DNA from: an uncultured Candidatus Peregrinibacteria bacterium
GTDB taxonomy: Bacteria > Patescibacteriota > JACMRA01
DNA: 53,473 bases
Assembly: GCA_937127165.1 (NCBI GenBank)
Contig: CAKZLR010000051.1
Coordinates: 1-53,473, forward strand
Direction: 5' to 3'
Each line of letters begins with the position of its first letter. The first letter of the stretch is position 1. A program made the position numbers and the translations under genes. The notes beneath the pieces are model-generated. The model worked only from the letters and a program-made list of their open reading frames with translations, was not told where the DNA came from and did not search any database. Shown here one piece after another: positions 1 through 9,991 of this stretch.

Positions 1-165
1 GTTGTCATAACTTTCCCTCTGCACTCCCCTCTTATAGAAAAAATTGTCTTAGTTTCGCCTTTGCGAAGAGCTAGAAGAAGCAAGCTTTACTATTTGAAGC
101 AAGTAAAAGATCCAGCTAAATCAGTTAGGACTAAACCAGTTAAAGTAAAGTCCTTGGCAGTTTAG
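1..165 (+). CDS. rplS: 50S ribosomal protein L19, C-terminal fragment (5' end lies outside the window)
   Basis: Frame-1 translation VVITFPLHSPLIEKIVLVSPLRRARRSKLYYLKQVKDPAKS... matches the L19 C-terminal signature (FPLHSP...RRAKLYYLR). Stop TAG at 163-165. Confidence 0.8.
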   Translation, partial: VVITFPLHSPLIEKIVLVSPLRRARRSKLYYLKQVKDPAKSVRTKPVKVKSLAV

Positions 166-186
166 AGTAAAATTTAAATTAGTTAT

Positions 187-549
187 ATGAACCTAATACC
201 TTACACTTATTTTATTTACGTTAATTGGTTGCTTTTTTTAGGTCTACTCATGTCAACTTGGGTGATTTCACCCTCTTCTATTGAGATTAATGTGTTCATA
301 ACTATTTGTTCTATTATAGTTCTGCTTGTTTTAATTTTCTCTAAGAGAAAGGATTTTCCTAAATGGCACAAAATCCCCACTAGGATAGTTCAGCTAGTTG
401 TATTTGTGGTGTCGATTATGGTGTCTTTTTCTCATTACTTTTTCAATGTTGACAATAACAATTTAATTTTGGTACTTTTGATATTACCAGTGATTTCTTT
501 GTTTTCTCTTATTATTCTTAATAACGAAGAGGATATCAATAAAAATTAA
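187..549 (+). CDS. Hypothetical small integral membrane protein (about 4 hydrophobic segments)
   Basis: 120-aa ORF with ATG start and several hydrophobic stretches. No recognisable family. Confidence 0.5.
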   Translation: MNLIPYTYFIYVNWLLFLGLLMSTWVISPSSIEINVFITICSIIVLLVLIFSKRKDFPKWHKIPTRIVQLVVFVVSIMVSFSHYFFNVDNNNLILVLLILPVISLFSLIILNNEEDINKN

Positions 550-592
550 AAATTTTAATTCTTAATTTTAAAAGTTATTAAACTTAAGTGTT

Positions 593-805
593 ATGATAAA
601 AGTTAAAAGAATCGAAGGTGATACTGATGTCAAATTGGTAGCTAGGTTTGTGAAAAGAGTCAAGCTTTCCAATCTTGTGGCTAGAAAAAGAAAAACTAGG
701 TATTTGGTAAAGTCACCTTCCAAACTTCAAAAGAAACGAAAAGCTATTCGTCGAAGTAGTTATCAAGCTATGGAGGAATTTCTAATCAGAACAGGTAAAA
801 AGTAA
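593..805 (+). CDS. rpsU: 30S ribosomal protein S21
   Basis: 70 aa and very basic. MIKVKR...LVARFVKRVKLSNLVARKRKTRYLVKSPSKLQKKRKA resembles the S21 pattern (V.V...E....AL.RFKR......R.R.Y.KPS..R). Confidence 0.85.
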   Translation: MIKVKRIEGDTDVKLVARFVKRVKLSNLVARKRKTRYLVKSPSKLQKKRKAIRRSSYQAMEEFLIRTGKK

Positions 806-902
806 AAACTAGTTGAGTTTTCCCATGGTTTTTATCACCTTCTTTGTAAGTTTATTTTATAAGATTATTTTATAAAAACATAAATAATGATTTAAGCTAG
901 TA

Positions 903-2189
903 GTGTCCAGAGATCCATATTTAGTGGCAACAGATATCGGCTCTAACTCTATAAAATTGGCCGTTGCGAAGAGCAGTCTTGACGATCAAGATAAGGTTCA
1001 AATACTAGCTTTGGTGGAAAAACCATCTTCGGGTATAAAAAAAGGTATAATAACCAGCATGACCGAGGCTACAGAGTCTTTAATTGATGTTGTAGCCCAG
1101 GCTGAAAGCATTGTTGGTCTGCCTATTAGAAAAGCTGTTTTTGGAATTAGCGGAACAAGTGTTAGTTTTGTTAATTCGGAGGGTTTGGCAGTAATTTCTA
1201 GACCAGATAACGAAATTCAAGAAGAGGATGTCGAAAGAGTTGTACAAGATAGTCTAACGAAAGCTTTTGGTGTGGGTAATAGCGAGATAATTCACATTAT
1301 TCCAAAGGCCTTTAAGGTGGATAATCAAAGTGGAATTAGGTATCCAGTAGGAATGCTTGGCAACAAACTAGAAGCTAAGACTTTGATTATCAGTGTGGAA
1401 ACTAGTTTTTTAAGGAATTTTACTAAAGTAATTACTCAAGCTGGTATTGATATTTCTGATCAAATTTTTACTCCACTAGCCAGTAGCAATTTTTTGTTCT
1501 CTACTCGTCAAAAAAAATCCGGGACTTTGCTAGTTGATATTGGTTATGCTTCGACTTCTTACATTTTATGGGAAAATGAAGAGATTTATGCTAGTGGTGT
1601 AATTCCAGTAGGGAGCGAGCATATTACTGCAGATTTAGCTGTTGGTTTGCAGACTACTATAGAAATGGCAGAAGAAATCAAAAAGCAACATTTAGATCTT
1701 AGTGATAATGTTTCTGACGATGTAGAAGAAATAGAAATGTATAATCCAGATCTGCAAATTAACGAGACTTTTAAGTTAGAAGAAATTAGAGATTTTGCTA
1801 GAGCTAGAGTAGAAGAGATTTTTATTTATATCAATCGAGAGTTACAAAAAATTGGCAAAAAAGGCAAGCTACCGGGTGGGGTGATTTTGATTGGCGGAGG
1901 ATCAGCTTTAAAAGGGATTGAAGACGTGGCCAGATATGTTTTAAAATTAGCTATTTTTAAATACCAGTTTGATCCTAAAAAAATTGAATTTTTACCTGAT
2001 TATAATGGCGACCCTTCTTTTATAAATTGTATTGCTTTAGCAGCTTATTATCTTTTTCATTCTGAAGAAATTAATTACAGTAAAGCTAGCAAAAACGCAT
2101 TTACAGCTAGAATTAGCCAAAGTAACACAAATTCAGATATTGGTTCTGTTTTTGGTACATGGCTTAAAAAACTTTGGCCTTTTAGTTAG
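903..2189 (+). CDS. ftsA: Cell division protein FtsA (actin-like ATPase)
   Basis: GTG start. N-terminal DIGSNSIKLAV phosphate-1 motif, LVDIGYASTS, GGGSALKGI, and a C-terminal amphipathic tail GSVFGTWLKKLWPFS. No ftsZ follows it. Confidence 0.9.
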   Translation: MSRDPYLVATDIGSNSIKLAVAKSSLDDQDKVQILALVEKPSSGIKKGIITSMTEATESLIDVVAQAESIVGLPIRKAVFGISGTSVSFVNSEGLAVISRPDNEIQEEDVERVVQDSLTKAFGVGNSEIIHIIPKAFKVDNQSGIRYPVGMLGNKLEAKTLIISVETSFLRNFTKVITQAGIDISDQIFTPLASSNFLFSTRQKKSGTLLVDIGYASTSYILWENEEIYASGVIPVGSEHITADLAVGLQTTIEMAEEIKKQHLDLSDNVSDDVEEIEMYNPDLQINETFKLEEIRDFARARVEEIFIYINRELQKIGKKGKLPGGVILIGGGSALKGIEDVARYVLKLAIFKYQFDPKKIEFLPDYNGDPSFINCIALAAYYLFHSEEINYSKASKNAFTARISQSNTNSDIGSVFGTWLKKLWPFS

Positions 2190-2495
2190 AACTGAATTTT
2201 TAGTAGATTAAAAAAATTACCTTTGAAAATGTAGTTTGCTTGAGTGTGAATAAATGAATGTTGTGTACCAACTATCTTTTTTGATTCATAGAAAAACCTT
2301 AAATTCACCTTGATTTTGATAATAAAACTATCTAAATCTTTGGATAGGATGTCTTAAACAGGGCTCAAAATTTCATCTTTTATCTTTTTAACTTAGAATT
2401 AAAAATCGATTTTTTTTGATTAGACAAAATATTTTTTACTACTTGACTATACTGATTGGGTTAAACATTTTTTGAGAATTGCTAAACATTGCAAT

Positions 2496-3332
2496 ATGTC
2501 CCTATTTTTTATCACTCATCTTTACCCTAAGCACATGTCTATCTATGGAGATATGGGTAATATTTTAGCTATACAATACAGATTAAAAAAGATGGGTGTT
2601 AGGTATGTATACCAAACAGTAGACATTGGGGAACCTCTACCGGAGCAAACGGATTTTTATTTTATCGGTGGGGGACAAGACAATGAACAGTATTTAATTT
2701 TTCGAGACTTACTAACTAAAAAACAAAAGTTAGTTGAAGATATTAAAAATAATGTTGGGTTATTATCAATTTGTGGAGGTTATCAATTATTAGGTAAATC
2801 GTTTGTAACAGGTGACGGTAGGCAAATTGTAGGTATTGGTATTTTTCCCGTAGTTACTAGATCACCCGATAATGCAGTAAAGTCTAGATGTATTGGTAAC
2901 ATTGTAACTGAGTGTTTAATTCCTGAATTAAAGGGTTACAGACTGGTAGGTTTTGAAAATCACGGCGGTCAGACTTTTTTTGATCCTGATATTGCCTCTA
3001 ATTGGTCAAAAACTGTCGATGGGGCTAATTGTATAGAAAATTCAGATGATATTGACGGATCTGTTTGTGATCATCTAGGTTTGTCAAAAGCTCAACCATT
3101 GGGTATAACTTTGTCGGGATTTGGTAACAACTCGACTCAAAAACTGGAGGGGTGTGTGGTCAATAGAGCCGTGGGAACTTATCTACACGGTTCCTGTTTG
3201 CCTAAAAATCCCAAACTGGCAGATTGGTTTATTTTGCCAAGGTTAAACCTAAAAAACATCAAACCAAGGGGTTTTCCAGACGACACACTAGCCAATCTTG
3301 TGAGACAAAATCTTTTTGAGAGGTTTCTCTAA
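2496..3332 (+). CDS. gatD: GatD-like class-I glutamine amidotransferase (CobB/CobQ-type; lipid II isoglutaminyl synthase subunit family)
   Basis: Motifs IYGDMGN, FIGGGQD, nucleophile elbow SICGGYQLLG, GFENHGGQT, GTYLHG..LPKNPKLADW. Start placed at ATG 2496 (MSLFFITHLYP...); the ORF track begins at TTG 2472. Confidence 0.75.
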   Translation: MSLFFITHLYPKHMSIYGDMGNILAIQYRLKKMGVRYVYQTVDIGEPLPEQTDFYFIGGGQDNEQYLIFRDLLTKKQKLVEDIKNNVGLLSICGGYQLLGKSFVTGDGRQIVGIGIFPVVTRSPDNAVKSRCIGNIVTECLIPELKGYRLVGFENHGGQTFFDPDIASNWSKTVDGANCIENSDDIDGSVCDHLGLSKAQPLGITLSGFGNNSTQKLEGCVVNRAVGTYLHGSCLPKNPKLADWFILPRLNLKNIKPRGFPDDTLANLVRQNLFERFL

Positions 3333-3470
3333 ATCTAAAAACCTAATTCATAATTAAGGGAGATTTGTTCTGCCGGGCTATCTCTTACTTTCTCTAAAAG
3401 CTAGAGATTTATCTAGTTCTTAAAAAACTCTAATTTGCAAAATTTAAGCAAATACAGTGAAGATTTAAAT

Positions 3471-5948
3471 CTAAATTTTCTCAAAATCCTCAGTCAATTT
3501 TTCTACATTGCTCTTTGTACCATAAACTAAAATTCCTAAGTATTTAATCTGTTCGGCAGTTTTTTGGAAATACTCAACACTTATTTCAGTATCGTGACTC
3601 ATAGCTTGCATTTCCTCGGTAAAGACTGTGACTAAGAGTTTTTCCTGTTCAGCTTGCCTTTTTAATCTTAGCAAATCCAGAGAATTTATCGACTTCTTAA
3701 TGACAATTGAAGGTTGGATGTTTATATCAATTTGCTCTCCGTCCTTAGTTTTAACTTTTTCTATTGTTAGTATGTTTTTTCTTTCACGTGCGATAAAGTT
3801 AGCAGTTAAGTGGGCAACTGTATTGTATTTTTGCCAATCGTTCATTTTGTTTTCATCTAAAAGCACAATATGAGCCACCATTGTTCGGTTAGACTTTCTT
3901 ATCGGATTATTTTCATTACGAACATGTGGAAAAGTGACACATTCTTTAATATGCTTACCAAGCAAGAATGACAAAAATCTTTCACTAGTGCCAAAACCAG
4001 CCATTGGTGGAGTACCAAGCTCCAAGGCTTTAACATAGTCTTCATCCATAAATTGAGCTTCCTCGTCTCCAGCATCTCTGGCGGCTTGTTGTTGTTCAAA
4101 TCTACCAAATTGGTCTATTGGATCATTTAACTCACTAAAACATTTACCCAATTCGGCAGTGCCAGCTACAATTTGCCATCTTTCGGTCAAATCCGGTCTG
4201 GGTGGGTGCCTTTTAGCTAATGGCTCTAACTCAACCGGAACTAAAGCCAGAAAAATGGGATTTTGAATATATGGTCTAGCTACTTTTTTGTAAATTTTAT
4301 CCATAACACCAGATATTGCTGTACCCGGTTCGATTTCTACCTCGTTATCTTTAGCAATTTGCAACAATTCCTCCAAAGATTTACCTTCAAAATCGACTTT
4401 ACCTTGAGAATAAAATCTGATAGCTTCGAAATATGGGATAATCGGCCAACCAAAGATATTAGCCTCTTCCGGTTTTAGCTCGATTTTAGACTTATTTTTT
4501 TTATCAGAAATATCTGGTTCCCAGACTTTATCTACAGTTGCTAGTCCCCAACCGTTTTTTAAGGCAGTTTCTAGGCTACACCATTCACCCCAGTTAATTT
4601 GGTGGCCATAATAATCTGTTTGGATCATTTCACCTAAAATTTCTTGGACAATTCTTTGATAAATCCGTTTAACCAATTTCATACCATCCGTATAGTCGGC
4701 ATATGCCCAATACCACTCAATCTGAGTATATTCTTGTAAGTGTTGGGGACTGGAGCCCTCGTTACGGAAGATACGACCAATTTCAAAAACTTTTTCAAAA
4801 CCTCCAGCAATCAATTTTTTGAGAGGTAATTCAAGTGAAATTCTAAGATAAACTTCCTGGTCTAATTCATTGTAAAAAGTAGTGAAGGGCCTAGCTTCAG
4901 CTCCACCTGGAATGTGTTCAAAAACTGGGCACTCAACTTCTAAGAAACCTTCTTTTTCCATTTCTTCTCGCCAAATTGACCAATATTTTTGTTTTAACCT
5001 TACCAAATCTCGTACTGACAAACCATTTGGATCTTTGGTGTTCATCTTAAAATCCACTACACGGTTGGTGTATCTTTCTTCAAAATTCTCATAATCTAGT
5101 TTTTCTGGCAGTGGTCGTAGACATTTAGTCAAAATGATAAAAGATTCAACAAACAAACTAGGTTCACCTCGCTGTGATTTGTCTAAATAACCACTAGCTT
5201 GAATATAGTCACCTTCATCGATTAGGGTTTTTAGGTCTTCAAAAGTCAAGGAATTTTGTAAAATCTTGTTAAGTTTTTTTTCTATTAAGTTGGGTCTGTT
5301 ATCAATTACATCTTTTTTAAAGATAAACTGAAAACCTTCTGGTAAACTTTCATCTTCTATGGTAGCAAAACCAATTTTACCGCTCAGTCTTTTAGATTTG
5401 ATTCTACCAGCTAGAACTACCCTTTGGTTTGGTTTTAAACTTATTTGCAATTCAGTCTCGTCTTGCGGATTTTTGTTTTTAAGTCCGAAAAAAGTATTCA
5501 AGTACTCTTCTCTAGTTTCCATAGAAACTTTGAGCAGGTTGGGGAAAAATTTTCTTACTTCGTTTAACTCACTCTCATCAAAATCTAAGATATCTCCAAT
5601 TTCTTCATCTTCTAGGTCTAAATCGACATCTTTAGACATCTGTCTAAGAAATAACCTTTTTTCTTGTTTTTCTATCAAACTACTAGGAAACAAGGCTTGA
5701 TCCAAAAAATGATACTGCATTTCCGGTTCGGGAAACTCGTTTATAAAATTATTCAAATCGTAATCATGAACAAAATTAAACCAAAAACTAACAAAACCTA
5801 AAGTAAAATCTCGCCGACTTTTGACTGCAAAAGGCTCGTGTCCTTTGGCTCGCAGTTTTTCCATTTTTTGGATTCGTAAACTTCTTTGAGAGTCAATTGA
5901 GGATAGTGAAATATTTTGACTGCCGCTTGAAGTACTTTTTTTTGACAT
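3471..5948 (-). CDS. lysS: Lysine--tRNA ligase (class II) with an N-terminal insertion and an extra C-terminal domain of about 140 aa
   Basis: OB-fold segment VVLAGRIKSKRLSGKIGFATIEDES. Class II motif 2 region FRNEGSSPQHLQEYTQIEWY. Motif 3 region GTPPMAGFGTSERFLSFLLG. At 825 aa it is about 300 aa longer than typical LysRS. Confidence 0.9.
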   Translation of the reverse strand: MSKKSTSSGSQNISLSSIDSQRSLRIQKMEKLRAKGHEPFAVKSRRDFTLGFVSFWFNFVHDYDLNNFINEFPEPEMQYHFLDQALFPSSLIEKQEKRLFLRQMSKDVDLDLEDEEIGDILDFDESELNEVRKFFPNLLKVSMETREEYLNTFFGLKNKNPQDETELQISLKPNQRVVLAGRIKSKRLSGKIGFATIEDESLPEGFQFIFKKDVIDNRPNLIEKKLNKILQNSLTFEDLKTLIDEGDYIQASGYLDKSQRGEPSLFVESFIILTKCLRPLPEKLDYENFEERYTNRVVDFKMNTKDPNGLSVRDLVRLKQKYWSIWREEMEKEGFLEVECPVFEHIPGGAEARPFTTFYNELDQEVYLRISLELPLKKLIAGGFEKVFEIGRIFRNEGSSPQHLQEYTQIEWYWAYADYTDGMKLVKRIYQRIVQEILGEMIQTDYYGHQINWGEWCSLETALKNGWGLATVDKVWEPDISDKKNKSKIELKPEEANIFGWPIIPYFEAIRFYSQGKVDFEGKSLEELLQIAKDNEVEIEPGTAISGVMDKIYKKVARPYIQNPIFLALVPVELEPLAKRHPPRPDLTERWQIVAGTAELGKCFSELNDPIDQFGRFEQQQAARDAGDEEAQFMDEDYVKALELGTPPMAGFGTSERFLSFLLGKHIKECVTFPHVRNENNPIRKSNRTMVAHIVLLDENKMNDWQKYNTVAHLTANFIARERKNILTIEKVKTKDGEQIDINIQPSIVIKKSINSLDLLRLKRQAEQEKLLVTVFTEEMQAMSHDTEISVEYFQKTAEQIKYLGILVYGTKSNVEKLTEDFEKI

Positions 5949-6136
5949 ACAAAATGTGTTTAGTCATAATCAACTTGGATTGTCAAATCCAATATTAAGT
6001 AGATTTGTTTGATGTTTTACTAAAAGTTTAAGTTTGTATAATTGCTAATCTTTGTCTGATAGGAGTTAAACCTTCTTATGGGTAGAAACTCTATTGTTCT
6101 TAAATTGTTCAATAAACTTACAAAAGAAAACCAAAT

Positions 6137-7450
6137 TTAGGTGGATTGTGCTTGTAGAGCTGTGTTTATTTCTTTGACTATTCTTACAGCATCTTCATTG
6201 TTTACATGAATATGAGTTGGCAGATTAATCACTCTTTTTTGTAAAAGTCTTTTGGCTGTTGGCAAGTCTTCCAGACGACAGTTAAACTTTGATAAATCAG
6301 TTTCTTTGTTAGCGAACAGATTTTGATACCAGATTCCTAAAAAAATACCCTCTTTCTTACAACGAGACAAAATTGAGTTATATAGGCTTGTATAATCTTC
6401 TTGGTCTTTTAACCACTCTAAATTAACAGGAAACCTTAGGTAACTAGCTTGTGGGTAGTATTTTAAATTTAACTCATCCGAGTAGATTTTGGCTATTTTT
6501 TTCCTATGTATTCTAAATTTCTCAAACTTTTTTAGTTGATTGAGGAGTAAAAAAGCCAACTTGTCGGAATATTTTTGACCAAAAAATTTGTCTGTTCCTA
6601 ACATTTCTTCATATGAATAAATATCCGGCACTATTTTTAATTTCATGATTAAAGACAATACTATTTTACCAACCCAAAAATGATATAAAGGTAGTATAAA
6701 TCCTGAGATTATCGTAAAAACCAAACTTTTAAGTTCCTTTTCGGGTTCCAAAGGTGGAAGTTTTTGATATTCTTGATTTAATCTTCGTTGCCATTCTGAG
6801 TTAGGTTTATTGATAATGACAGCTCCACCGAAAATTGAGGAAACTATTTTGTCGCGGCCAAAACTAAACATACTGGTTTCGCCCCAACTACCAGCCGGTT
6901 TACCGGCAAAAGTAGATCCTAAAGAGTGAGCACAGTCTTCAATTAAGACAATTTTATGTTGGTTACAAATTTGCTTGACTCTGTGCATATCAACCATTAT
7001 TCCAAAAGTGTGTTGCACAATCCAGGCTTTGGTTTGTGGAGTTATTTTGTCTTCTATTTTATCTAAATCAAAGTTAAAAGTTTGCGGTTCAATATCACAG
7101 ACTACTGGTTGATATCCTGCTTGAAGTACTGCATTTGGCACCACCACACACGAAAAACCTTGTATTAAAACTTGACTATTTTTGGGCAAATTTAGACTTT
7201 TAAGTATCAAATACAAAGCCGTTCTTCCGCTGTCGGTAAGGTAGATTTGGCAAGTATCTGTTAAATTAAAAAAATTCTTGAACCATTGCTTAACTTTTTC
7301 TTGAGAGTCTACGGTAATATTTTTTTGCAGCAAAATTTTAAAAGCCAACCAAGCATCATCCAATTCGGTATTGGGGCAAATTTCTGGGTTAATAAATTTA
7401 AATCTACCAAACACGACAAAACAAAATCTATACTTAAAGCTCTTTGTCAA
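6137..7450 (-). CDS. DegT/DnrJ/EryC1/StrS-family PLP-dependent aminotransferase-like protein
   Basis: Motifs DSGRTALYLILKSL, IVQHTFG, IEDCAHSLGS, and FSFGRDKIVSS (a Lys in the position expected for the PLP lysine). The start codon is non-ATG (TTG at 7450) and uncertain. Confidence 0.75.
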   Translation of the reverse strand: MTKSFKYRFCFVVFGRFKFINPEICPNTELDDAWLAFKILLQKNITVDSQEKVKQWFKNFFNLTDTCQIYLTDSGRTALYLILKSLNLPKNSQVLIQGFSCVVVPNAVLQAGYQPVVCDIEPQTFNFDLDKIEDKITPQTKAWIVQHTFGIMVDMHRVKQICNQHKIVLIEDCAHSLGSTFAGKPAGSWGETSMFSFGRDKIVSSIFGGAVIINKPNSEWQRRLNQEYQKLPPLEPEKELKSLVFTIISGFILPLYHFWVGKIVLSLIMKLKIVPDIYSYEEMLGTDKFFGQKYSDKLAFLLLNQLKKFEKFRIHRKKIAKIYSDELNLKYYPQASYLRFPVNLEWLKDQEDYTSLYNSILSRCKKEGIFLGIWYQNLFANKETDLSKFNCRLEDLPTAKRLLQKRVINLPTHIHVNNEDAVRIVKEINTALQAQST

Positions 7451-7537
7451 GACTTTTGTCTGGCTGTATTTTAAAAGATGAATGTATGAGTTGCTGTAAA
7501 CTTGGGCAAGTTACAAGAATTTATTCAGTACGCAAAT

Positions 7538-8437
7538 ATGGCTAGGATTAATATTTTTTGGTTTCGTCGTGGTTTGAGATCATTAGATAATTCTGGATTT
7601 GTAGCTGCTTATCAGCCCGTTTTTTGGTTTTACCAATATTTATTGTAGATCTGTATTTTTATGAATCTTGGGGAAGTAAGAGTTTTAAGAGTCAGATTTT
7701 TATATGAGTCTTTGCAAGATTTAGATAGGCAGTTAAAGTCTATTAGTTCCCAACTGTTCTTAATGCATGATAATTCTATGGAAGTAATACAGGAACTTTA
7801 CACGTAGCTGCGGGATAAACACCAAATAATCTTATTTTTCAATAGGGATAGACAAATTCATATGGTTTAAATAAGAATAAAGATCCGTAAATAGTTGATT
7901 TTACCGAAAAAAATCTAAATTTCTATTAGCCATAGAAAACTCTAATTTTTTATTACTAGAAGAAAATATGCCAAACACTGAACAAGATGATTTTTTTGGG
8001 AAAATGGAAGTTGGGGGAAATTGATTTTTTATTAGTTAATGTCGCTATGAAGCAATTAAAAACTGTTAGTTGGTCAAATCTTAGAATGAAGGCTGTGCGT
8101 ACTACATTTTTGACTATTAATTGATTACGCGGTTAGCTGGCATTGGGGAGCTAGACACTTGATGCAAACCTTGGTTGACGGTGATGTTGCTACAGATAGC
8201 TGGCAATGGCAAATGCATGTAGGTATAACAAACCTTTACCAAATTTTTTGAGAATTTATGACCCAGACAAAAATCTAGAAGAAGATAGTAATTATTAGTC
8301 TATAAATAGATGGTTATCTGAACTTGCTTATTTTATTCCTGAAATATACAAATTTTCCAAAAAATCTTCGAACAATAAAAATGTTGGATTTTGAGAAAAC
8401 TAAGTTACAAAACGATCAAAAAACACAAAAAACATAA
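7538..8437 (+). pseudogene. phr: Deoxyribodipyrimidine photolyase/cryptochrome-family pseudogene (frameshifts, stops, internal deletion)
   Basis: MARINIFWFRRGLRSLDNSGFVAAYQ starts at 7538, with a stop at 7646-7648. The +1 frame continues VLPIFIVD. A third frame reads YESLQDLDRQLKSISSQLFLMHDNSMEVIQEL then stops. From about 8040, MKQLKTVSWSNLRMKAVRTTFLTIN*, then GDVATDSWQWQM and RIYDPDKNLEE, are interrupted by stops and match the FAD-domain consensus (M.QL...GW.HNR.RM..ASFL...L..DWR.G...F...L.DGD.A.N.GGWQW, R.FNP). Confidence 0.75.
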
Positions 8438-8845
8438 GAGATAAGAAAGTTAGTCAAGTAAAGAAATAAAGATTGTCAGAACAAAATAGTAGAACTATCC
8501 AATGACTAAAGTACAAAAACAATCTCGTCAAGCTTATTATCAAGCTAAAAATTAAAAACATTTAGACACTTAGATGGAAAGCTTGTTTTAATTTAAAACA
8601 ATGTTTTATCTAAGTCATTTTCTCTTAAGGTAACCGAAGGCAAAACTATTTTTTTGAATCATAAAAAATTTTTTACTTACTTCTTTTCTTAAGAAATTTA
8701 TCTGATAAAAAATAAATCGTGCCTAAAGAGGTATAGACAAGATACTAATTTATCAAAGCAAAAAACGGAGCAGGAGGTTTTGTGTCGATGTTACAGTTGG
8801 ATGAAAGCATAAAAATTGCAAATTTTTACACCTAGATAACTAGGC

Positions 8846-9991
8846 TTAATCTTCGCTTGATATAAGATCTTCCATTTCTTCGTTTTCATCTACACTTGCT
8901 TCTGCCACATTACCAATAGCTACTCTGCCTTCTTTTAATCTCTTTTGGAACTCAGCAAAAATCAAGTCCTTAGCTTTGGTTAAAACTTCTTTATTTTCGT
9001 ACAAAAATTTTTTAGCATTCTCTCTTCCAATCCCCAGCTTTATATCTTCAGAACCTAGTTTGAGTTTGTAAGTATTGCCAGTTTTTTCGATAATCCCGTA
9101 ATTTGTTCCAATATCAACAATTTCTCCAGCAGTAGAAAAAACACCAGGTTCATTAAACATCATATCAAACTCGACAGTCTTGAAAGGTGCTGCCATTTTA
9201 TTTTTGACGATTTTAACTCTAATTCTCACACCGACATTGTCGTTACCAGATTTAAGATTGCCAACTTTGCGAACATCTAGTCTTTGGGTAGCAAAAAATT
9301 TGAGAGCTTGACCTCCAGTAGTAGTTTCGGGGTTACCAAACATCACCCCAATTTTGAGTCTGATCTGGTTGATAAAAATTACTACGGTTTTGGATTTGGA
9401 AATTCCACCAGTAAGTTTGCGAAGAGCCTGAGACATCAACCTAGCTTGCACACCCATCTGACTATCTCCCATATTACCTTCCAATTCGGACCTGGGTACT
9501 AAAGCAGCTACTGAATCAACCACAATCACATCAAAAGCATTCGATCTAACCAAATTATCTACTATTTCCAAAGCTTCCTCTCCATTGCTTGGTTGAGATA
9601 AATACAAGTCATTTACTTTAACTCCTAGTTTTGCCGCCCATTCTGGATCTAATGCATGTTCTGCATCTACAAAAGCCGCAATACCTCCTTGTTTTTGAGC
9701 TTGGGCAATTGTAGCTAAAGCAAGGGAGGTTTTACCAGACGACTCTGGTCCATAGATCTCGATGATTCTACCTTTCGGAAATCCGCCAATACCAGTCGCC
9801 AAATCCACAGACAAAGAGCCCGTAGAAATAACTTCTACATCGGTGTTAACTATCTCGTCCATCTTCATAATGGATCCCTGACCAAAACTGGCTTTTATTT
9901 GAGAGGCAACTAGATCAGCCATTTTTCTTTTTTCTGCAGCATCCATAGCTACTACTGGTGTAGTTTTGTGAAGTGTGTTTTTTTTAGACAT
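8846..9991 (-). CDS. recA: Recombinase RecA
   Basis: Walker [34 protein letters not shown], loop L2 [20 protein letters not shown], and an acidic C-terminal tail. Confidence 0.97.
   Translation of the reverse strand: MSKKNTLHKTTPVVAMDAAEKRKMADLVASQIKASFGQGSIMKMDEIVNTDVEVISTGSLSVDLATGIGGFPKGRIIEIYGPESSGKTSLALATIAQAQKQGGIAAFVDAEHALDPEWAAKLGVKVNDLYLSQPSNGEEALEIVDNLVRSNAFDVIVVDSVAALVPRSELEGNMGDSQMGVQARLMSQALRKLTGGISKSKTVVIFINQIRLKIGVMFGNPETTTGGQALKFFATQRLDVRKVGNLKSGNDNVGVRIRVKIVKNKMAAPFKTVEFDMMFNEPGVFSTAGEIVDIGTNYGIIEKTGNTYKLKLGSEDIKLGIGRENAKKFLYENKEVLTKAKDLIFAEFQKRLKEGRVAIGNVAEASVDENEEMEDLISSED

Noticed and set aside
3628-5700. Five ORFs of 69-113 aa (3628-3873, 3899-4108, 4263-4478, 4882-5094, 5359-5700) overlapping lysS
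   Set aside because: All lie inside the well-supported lysS CDS, antisense or out of frame, and have low-complexity translations. They are shadow ORFs typical of AT-rich DNA.
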